The notes under the pieces were generated by a model. The model did no database searches. It saw nothing but the letters and a program-made list of their open reading frames with translations, and had not been told where the DNA came from. Positions 57,405-64,000 of a stretch of DNA of 64,000 bases are shown in pieces (positions within the stretch are counted from its first letter, which is position 1; each line of letters starts with the position of its first letter). The position numbers and the translations under genes were made by a program. Source of the DNA: Eledone cirrhosa (lineage: Eukaryota); NCBI GenBank assembly GCA_964016885.1, contig OZ024745.1, positions 27,962,001-28,026,000 of the forward strand. The letters are read 5' to 3'.

Positions 57405-57834
57405 CAGGAAAGAAGGTTTACATGGTTTGCTATACAAAAAAGTTTTTAATCACATAGCTTACATTTGTTTCACTGAACTGGTATGTCTAGAGATCGCTAT
57501 CCGCCTAATTTTGCGTCACTCGATCGCCAATACAGAATTATAACCAGTCAGATCTTCGGAGCATGCGAGAATGAAGAAAATACACAGGCAAGAAAAGAAA
57601 AGAAAATATGGAGTAGTTATGGCATTCAATTAGAACAATAACAACAACAATTATTACAACAATGCTATCAATAAACTATTTAAGGAGACCCTGACATTAC
57701 TTAGGTGGGGGGTATATAATGTATCTAATGTTACGGCGTGAAAATCAGCTGTCATAAGGCAAAGAGTATCGTAGTGTGTATCAATTTTAAATTATAAAGA
57801 TAAGCTAGTTTTTACAGTTTTTCACCTCCCAGAT

Positions 57835-58239
57835 AGGTGCCCATTGGCGAACAGATGTCTCGATTCGAGCCTGGTGTACATGTGCACTGTCATCTCGGGT
57901 AACTCCACCTGGAATTACATAGGATCCACCGCGGGTTCTTTTAAGAAAAGATGGTATGTGCACAGGCACTCAATGAAAAACCGAGCACTTATGGGTTCCA
58001 CCACCCTCGCCAGAAAAATATGGGAATTGAAGGACAGCAACGCTAGCTACACTATCAACTGGTCGAAGTTGTCGGCTGCTAAAACCTATAGTACAGGGAT
58101 GTCCTATTGCGGGCTGTGTGATCTTGAGCTATTGTATATCCTTAGAAATGTTAAAAGGCTACTTAATAATAAGTTAGAAAGATCTATCTTCTGCAGACAT
58201 AGAATAGCCACTAAATTCATAAGATTCAAACCTCCGTGA
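57835..58239 (+). CDS. GIY-YIG endonuclease fragment of a Penelope-like element
   Basis: CPLANRC..LVYMCTV..YIGSTAGSFKKRW..H..S..IWELK..W..CGLC..E..LLN..E..CRH. Confidence 0.85.
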   Translation, partial: RCPLANRCLDSSLVYMCTVISGNSTWNYIGSTAGSFKKRWYVHRHSMKNRALMGSTTLARKIWELKDSNASYTINWSKLSAAKTYSTGMSYCGLCDLELLYILRNVKRLLNNKLERSIFCRHRIATKFIRFKPP

Positions 58240-58955
58240 ATCGAACCAACATAACATAGCTTTAAATTAGGATACCTACTACCCACAGAAATATATTCAT
58301 TAAGTATACTATATCCTCCACAAGTCTATACCACACAATTGTCTGTAAATACCTCATCTACCAACAATCTTACTCCTTCTCAGCTGCTGCAATCATTTGA
58401 TCCTAGATCCTAGTTTTTCTCATTTCACTACTACAATGTTACTTTACCTTCTTTTTGCCATAACTACAATTAGCACGCTTTTCTCTTTGCATGTATGTAT
58501 ATTTTTGTACGAGTGTATATCGATGTGTATGTATGTGTCTATGTACACATATATGTGTATATATATTTATATATATATGTGTGTGTGTGTGTGTGTGCGT
58601 AGATATATGCGTATATTAATTCGTTAACCTCTGTATTAACTCTACAACTATTGTGCTTTGACAGTGGTCCCACTCATGTATACTGTTGAAGATGAAGAGA
58701 AAGACTGTAAAAACTAGCTTATCTTTATAATTTAAAATTGATACACACTACGATACTCTTTGCCTTATGACAGCTGATTTTCACGCCGTAACATTAGATA
58801 CATTATATACCCCCCACCTAAGTAATGTCAGGGTCTCCTTAAATAGTTTATTGATAGCATTGTTGTAATAATTGTTGTTGTTATTGTTCTAATTGAATGC
58901 CATAACTACTCCATATTTTCTTTTCTTTTCTTGCCTGTGTATTTTCTTCATTCTC

Positions 58956-59070
58956 GCATGCTCCGAAGATCTGACTGGTTATAATTCTGTATTGGCGATC
59001 GAGTGACGCAAACTTAGACGGATAGCGATCTCTAGACATACCAGTTCAGTGAAACAAGTGTAAGCTATGT
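58956..59070 (+). ncRNA. Hammerhead-like motif with CCGAAGA core and very long stem II; mirror copy at 57452-57566 (-)
   Basis: gcatgct-CCGAAGA-tctgactggt..accagttcagt-GAAA-caagtg-TA-agctatgt. Confidence 0.65.
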
Positions 59071-59291
59071 GATTAAAAACTTTTTTGTATAGCAAACCAT
59101 GTAAACCTTCTTTCCTGATTTATTATTACTCCAAGTGTTTACAACATAGGAATTACAGCATACCCGCAGCATCACTATGAAAACGCCTTGTTGAGTCAAA
59201 CCAAGCCAAGCGTTAATGTCATCCACTACCTGGAATACCATAACTGGACTTCACCTAAGTGGACTGCATTTAACTATTATTTGTTAATCCG

Positions 59292-59359
<68 letters not shown>

Positions 59360-59591
59360 GTTTACTGTCAACCATGGATGTGACATGATGAAATAGATTC
59401 ACAAGAGAAATTTAAGAAATTCGTTTCATGGTAGAGGATTTTCGTGATCACTCTAAAAGAAATTCCACCCAATAGAAAGCGGACTTCGAATGTGACTCTA
59501 CCTATCCATTAAATCAACTTTAATTAAAGATTCAATTTATTTTTAGTTTTTGAAAAAGTACTAAAATGTAGCGCACAAGAATATATATGAA

Positions 59592-59778
59592 TATCGGCTG
59601 AAAAATTCATATGCTGTCAATAAAGAATTGATGCTAGAGCAGGGAAATCTTGCATGCATTAATTTCAATTGTTCTTAATAACTGTATTGTTTCTTTCCAT
59701 GGACTATATTGAAAAATAAACTCCATTTCGTCATTCCATGAGAGTATCTTGGTCAGCCTATGAACTTTTCATCCGACC
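59592..59778. mobile_element. Possible Tc1/mariner-type MITE remnant
   Basis: Imperfect inverted ends tcggctgaaaaattcata / tatgaacttttcatccga. Confidence 0.45.
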
Positions 59779-60024
59779 ATTGTAGATTATTAAACAAGTT
59801 TAGTAGCGGAACAAGTCACTTGAAACATGAGACAAAATTATTTGTTATAATCATTAACGTCTGTAGGTTCTGAATACAGATTCCAACACAGCTTTGTTAT
59901 TCCTTCTACCGGAGTTGATAAAACAAGTGCAAGTCAATTGAATCGTCTTCATCCCATTACCCAAATTTGTGGCAGTGAAACTGATAGAAATCATTACTGT
60001 TATCCTTTATTAGGGCGGTGGTGG

Positions 60025-60630
60025 TGATGGGTGAATTGGTAGTATTGGTAGAGCGTTGAACACCATACTACTCAGCATAGAGTTTCGGTCCTTTACTTTC
60101 TGAGTTCAAATCCCACCGAGGTTAGCTTTGCCTTACAGGGTCGATAAAATAATTGTTTCTACTTTAGGCACAAGGCCAGAAATTACAGAGTACATTACTG
60201 GTACTTTATTTTATCGACCTCGTAAGGATGAAAGGCAAAGTTAACCTCGGCGGGATTTGAACTCAGACTGTAAAGGGATATAACTATGCTAGAAAGCATA
60301 GCGTCCAACCCTCTACCGATACTGCCAATTCACGATAAAATAATGTACCAGTAACGCACTGATGTCGATTTAATCGACTTTCTCCTCCCCAAAAAATCGT
60401 TGGCCTTGTGCCTAAACCGGAAACCTTTATTAGAGCGGTGGATTGGCAAAGACGTTAGAGCATTAGATAATTCTTTGGCAGTATTTGTTTCTCCCGCTGG
60501 GATCAATTTTGCCTTTCATCCTTTCTAGGTCATTAAAATAAAATACCAGTATAGTACTAGAGTCAATTTATTTAATTTACTCCCTCGGAAAAAGAATTGT
60601 GGGCCTTGTGCCAAAATTAGAGATCATTAT
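60025..60630. mobile_element. SINE cluster including a minus-strand SINE (60154-60332) nested in a plus-strand SINE
   Basis: 12-bp TSD cgataaaataat at 60142-60153 and 60333-60344. Confidence 0.88.
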
Positions 60631-61172
60631 TGTTATTGTCATAGTTAACGAGTGGTGTATAGCTGAGTCGGTAGAGCACTAAAAAGATAATTCCAAGTAT
60701 TGTTGGATCATTGTGTGCAGAATACTTATGTTAACCTGTGCCAATGTTTAGGCAATGCATCCATGGTCCCGTAATTCCTGAGGGAGTCGTAGGGGTGTCA
60801 TAGCGACATACGGCATTTCTAGGGTACTTTAAAACCTGGTGGAGTCCATCTCCTCCCCAGGCCCGAATACAGCAGATTTCTTCCAAAAAAGGATGGGAGA
60901 GAATGGAAGTGAGAAAACGATATAAAAGACGAATCGACCCCATTACAAGACTGGTAATTTGTTTTCATTGACCACGAACTAATGAAAGGTAAAGTAGAGA
61001 GCCGAAACGAATATGGCAAACTATTCTCCCCGGCGTTCTAACGACTCCGCCATTTCGCCGCCTGTTAGACAATAACATCAACAAATAAAACTAGAGTATT
61101 AAAAAAGAAACAGATCTGGACTATGTATACGGGAAAATAGAGCTATGGCATTAACTGGCAATTATTATTTTC

Positions 61173-61585
61173 ATTGGCAGTATCGGTAGAGGGTCGGACG
61201 CCATGCTTTGACGCAAAGAGTTACGGCCCTTTCCATTCTGAGTTCAAATCCCGCCGAGGTTAACTTTGCCTTTCATCCTTACGGGGTCGATAAAATAAAG
61301 TACCAGTAATGCACTGGATAATTGCTGGCCTTGTGCCAAAAGTGGAAACAATTATTTTCAATGACTCAAGGCGATGGTTTGGCAGAGTCAGTAGAGCGTC
61401 GGACAAAATGCATTGCGACATTTAGTTACTGTCCTTTAGGTTCTAAGTTCAAATTTCGCCGAGGTTAACTCTGCTTTTCATCCTTCCGGGATCGATAAAA
61501 TAATGTACCAGTCAAAAACTAGGGTCGATATACTCGACTTACATCTCCCCACAATTGCTCATCTTGAGCCTAAATTAGAAATCAT
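61173..61585 (+). mobile_element. Two tandem major SINE copies
   Basis: ttggcag..gtagag..gttcaaat..cgccgaggttaact..tttcatcctt. Confidence 0.88.
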
Positions 61586-62279
61586 TATTTTCAACAGCTA
61601 CATTGTTTCCCGCAAAAACCATAGAAAACATATTTAATATTTTGTTTAATTTCAAAATATATGTTATTTTTTGTTTTGTTTCTAACACCTGCGATTAATT
61701 TACAAATGTACTAATAATAAATTGATAAACAATGGAAATTTTAGAGATGGAAATGAAGTTTTACACTCTTCTAAAATATTTCTTAAAGTTAAATACTTCT
61801 AAAATATTTCCTAAGGTTATTATTTCATCGTCTAAGTATATGAATGCCTCCGTATAATTTGCCCAATTTATTATTCAGACATCTGTCAACTTCTAAAATC
61901 AATGCTTTACATTAGAATTATTTAAAATATTATCCAAACTATACTTTGCTTAAACTAAAGTGAATAGATCAACGGTAAAAATGGTATAATGAAAGAACTA
62001 TTTCTGAGAATAGTTTGGGGGTAATACAGGAATTTATATAAAACATCTTATGAAACAAACTATATATATGGCTTCAATACATTCAAATGTTAGGTGACGT
62101 TTAAATTATTCAAGCGAGTAAATTAAAGCCACTAAATTCTGAGGGGTTACTGAGAAGGGAAAATGACAAGACAGAGAGAACGTAATACCAAGCGAGACAA
62201 TAAAGCCACTAAATGAAGAGAAAAGGGCAAGACAGGGAGAACATAATTCAATGAAAGAGATGGCAATTGATATTGCTTC

Positions 62280-62353
<74 letters not shown>

Positions 62354-62356
<3 letters not shown>

Positions 62357-62545
62357 CAAAGGAATTGTGGCAAGGAACCAGATGGACCATAACGAACCAG
62401 AGTACTCAATACTTAGGGTAGTAGAGTGGGAATAGGAAAAAGTATGACCCCGACGGCAGAGCTCAAGCCGTTTCGACGGCTATTTCTGGAGTCTGCAAAT
62501 AGCCGTCGAAACGGCTTGAGCTCTGCCGTCGGGGTCATACTTTTT

Positions 62546-62550
<5 letters not shown>
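62354..62550 (-). mobile_element. Fold-back mini-element, copy 5; perfect 54-bp arms 62432-62485 / 62497-62550
   Basis: Perfect hairpin with 11-nt loop; (TA)n on both sides. Confidence 0.85.
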
Positions 62551-62590
<40 letters not shown>

Positions 62591-62653
62591 AAAAAACAAG
62601 ATGGTGTAGGACAGAACAAAGGAGAGGCACAAAAACAAAGAAACGAATCCCCA

Positions 62654-62696
62654 GTCACTGAAGAGGTCACAGAATGTGTGACGAAAGAACTTTGAC
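62654..62696 (+). ncRNA. Minimal type I hammerhead
   Basis: gtca-CTGAAGA-g-gtcaca-gaatg-tgtgac-GAAA-gaac-TT-tgac. Confidence 0.65.
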
Positions 62697-62898
62697 AATA
62701 TATGAACAATCATCTGGTTGTGGAACCAACCAACCGGAAATTTATAAATTCCTAAACTTATAAATTTATTATAATAAATTGAAGTGAAAGCAACTGGTGC
62801 GTGTGTTTCTTATTGGCAACATGACCCTCCCAAAGTATAACAATATCGGTTTCAACACACGTTTTCAGATAAAGAATCTTGCTAAACAAATTCAGAAA

Positions 62899-62954
<56 letters not shown>

Positions 62955-63666
62955 AAAGAGTGAAGAATAACATGGTCAACAGTACAAAAAAGGGTTTTAT
63001 TTACAGTCTAACAATTGTTTCACTGATTAAGTTGTCTAAAGATTTCTAAACACTTGAAGCTGTGCCACTCAATTTTAAATACGTTGTTAACTTAACCAGA
63101 TCATCAGAGAAAATGTTAAAATATGCTGTTTTCATGAATTCAAATTATAACATCATTAATAAAGAAAGAGAGAGAAAAAAAAAGAGAGAGAGAGAAAAAA
63201 AAGAAAAAGGAGAAAAGGAAAAAAGAAAAGGATATAGAGAAAAAAGACAGAGAGAAAAGAAGATAGAAAGAGAAAAGAAAAGGATAAAGAAAAAATATAA
63301 AATAAAAATAAAAATAAAAATAAAAATAAAAATAAAAATAAAAATAAAAATAAAAATAAAGGGAAAAATAAAGATATCAACAATAAATGAATAAATGCTA
63401 ATAAACAAGTTACATCAAGGATGATAAAAAAAAACAATACAAAATATGAAAATAAATAAAAAATGTTTATATGTGCAAAGAAAAGTAAACATAGTATGAT
63501 TATTGAGAGTAGTTGTGGTGTTAGTGGTTAAAATATAGAGATATGATGGTATAAACATGAAAATGTTAAATATATTCATGCATGTATTGGTTACTTTAAT
63601 AAATTAATTAAATAATTAATTAATTATTTAATTAATTAATTGTAAGTTATATTAGAAGTGAAAATA

Positions 63667-63840
63667 ATTGTTTCTACTTTTGGCATAAGGCCAGCAATTA
63701 CCCAGTACATTACTGGTACTTTATTTTATCGACCCCGTAAGGATGAAAGGCAAAGTTAACCTCGGCGGAATTTGAACTCAGATCATAAAGGGACGTAACT
63801 CTATGCTTCAAAGCATGGTGTCCGACTCTCTACCGATACG
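63667..63840 (-). mobile_element. Major SINE
   Basis: ctggtactttattttatcgaccccgtaaggatgaaaggcaaagttaacctcggcgg. Confidence 0.9.
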
Positions 63841-63947
63841 ATAAGAGATTAAATAAATTTAGGGAGAGAAATAGAAAGATAGAAAATGAAAGAGAGAAAG
63901 TATAAAATATAAAAGGTTATGATGTTGGTTCATTGACAGTTGATGAC

Positions 63948-64000
<53 letters not shown>
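63948..64000. repeat. (AAT)n microsatellite
   Basis: Direct reading. Confidence 0.95.

Larger units (their letters stand above)
57399..59123 (+). mobile_element. 5'-truncated Penelope-like (Naiad-like) element with 420-bp inverted terminal repeats (57399-57818 / 58704-59123)
   Basis: Near-identical inverted arms around a GIY-YIG fragment; left end abuts (TA)n. Confidence 0.92.

Noticed and set aside
57835-58400. Selenocysteine recoding as in some Naiad elements
   Set aside because: No in-frame TGA at Cys positions in the retained fragment and no SECIS that I can identify by eye.

Overview
AT-rich, microsatellite-saturated eukaryotic DNA, most likely from an octopod cephalopod (inferred from its dominant tRNA-derived SINE family and repeat landscape). 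The only host gene I can support is the last coding exon of a RASD/Rhes-family small GTPase (8107-8654, +), so everything upstream is probably intron. The rest is a retroelement graveyard: Penelope-like elements (two GIY-YIG 3' fragments and one decayed near-full-length copy), R4/Dong-like restriction-endonuclease LINEs stacked in (TACA)n, RTE-like LINE fragments with 5' inversions, SINEs and hAT-like MITEs. The most striking signal is non-coding. About 20 type I hammerhead ribozyme (HHR) motifs can be folded by eye, 14 of them with a canonical CUGANGA/GAAA core, and most lie at 34.9-48.5 kb. They include a head-to-tail array of 455-493 bp units with one HHR per unit (34741-36247), the architecture of a non-LTR retrozyme that could release a circular RNA. 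There are also several inverted HHR pairs and a family of tiny fold-back elements whose hairpin apex coincides with ribozyme stem II. All structures were derived manually; none were computed or tested.
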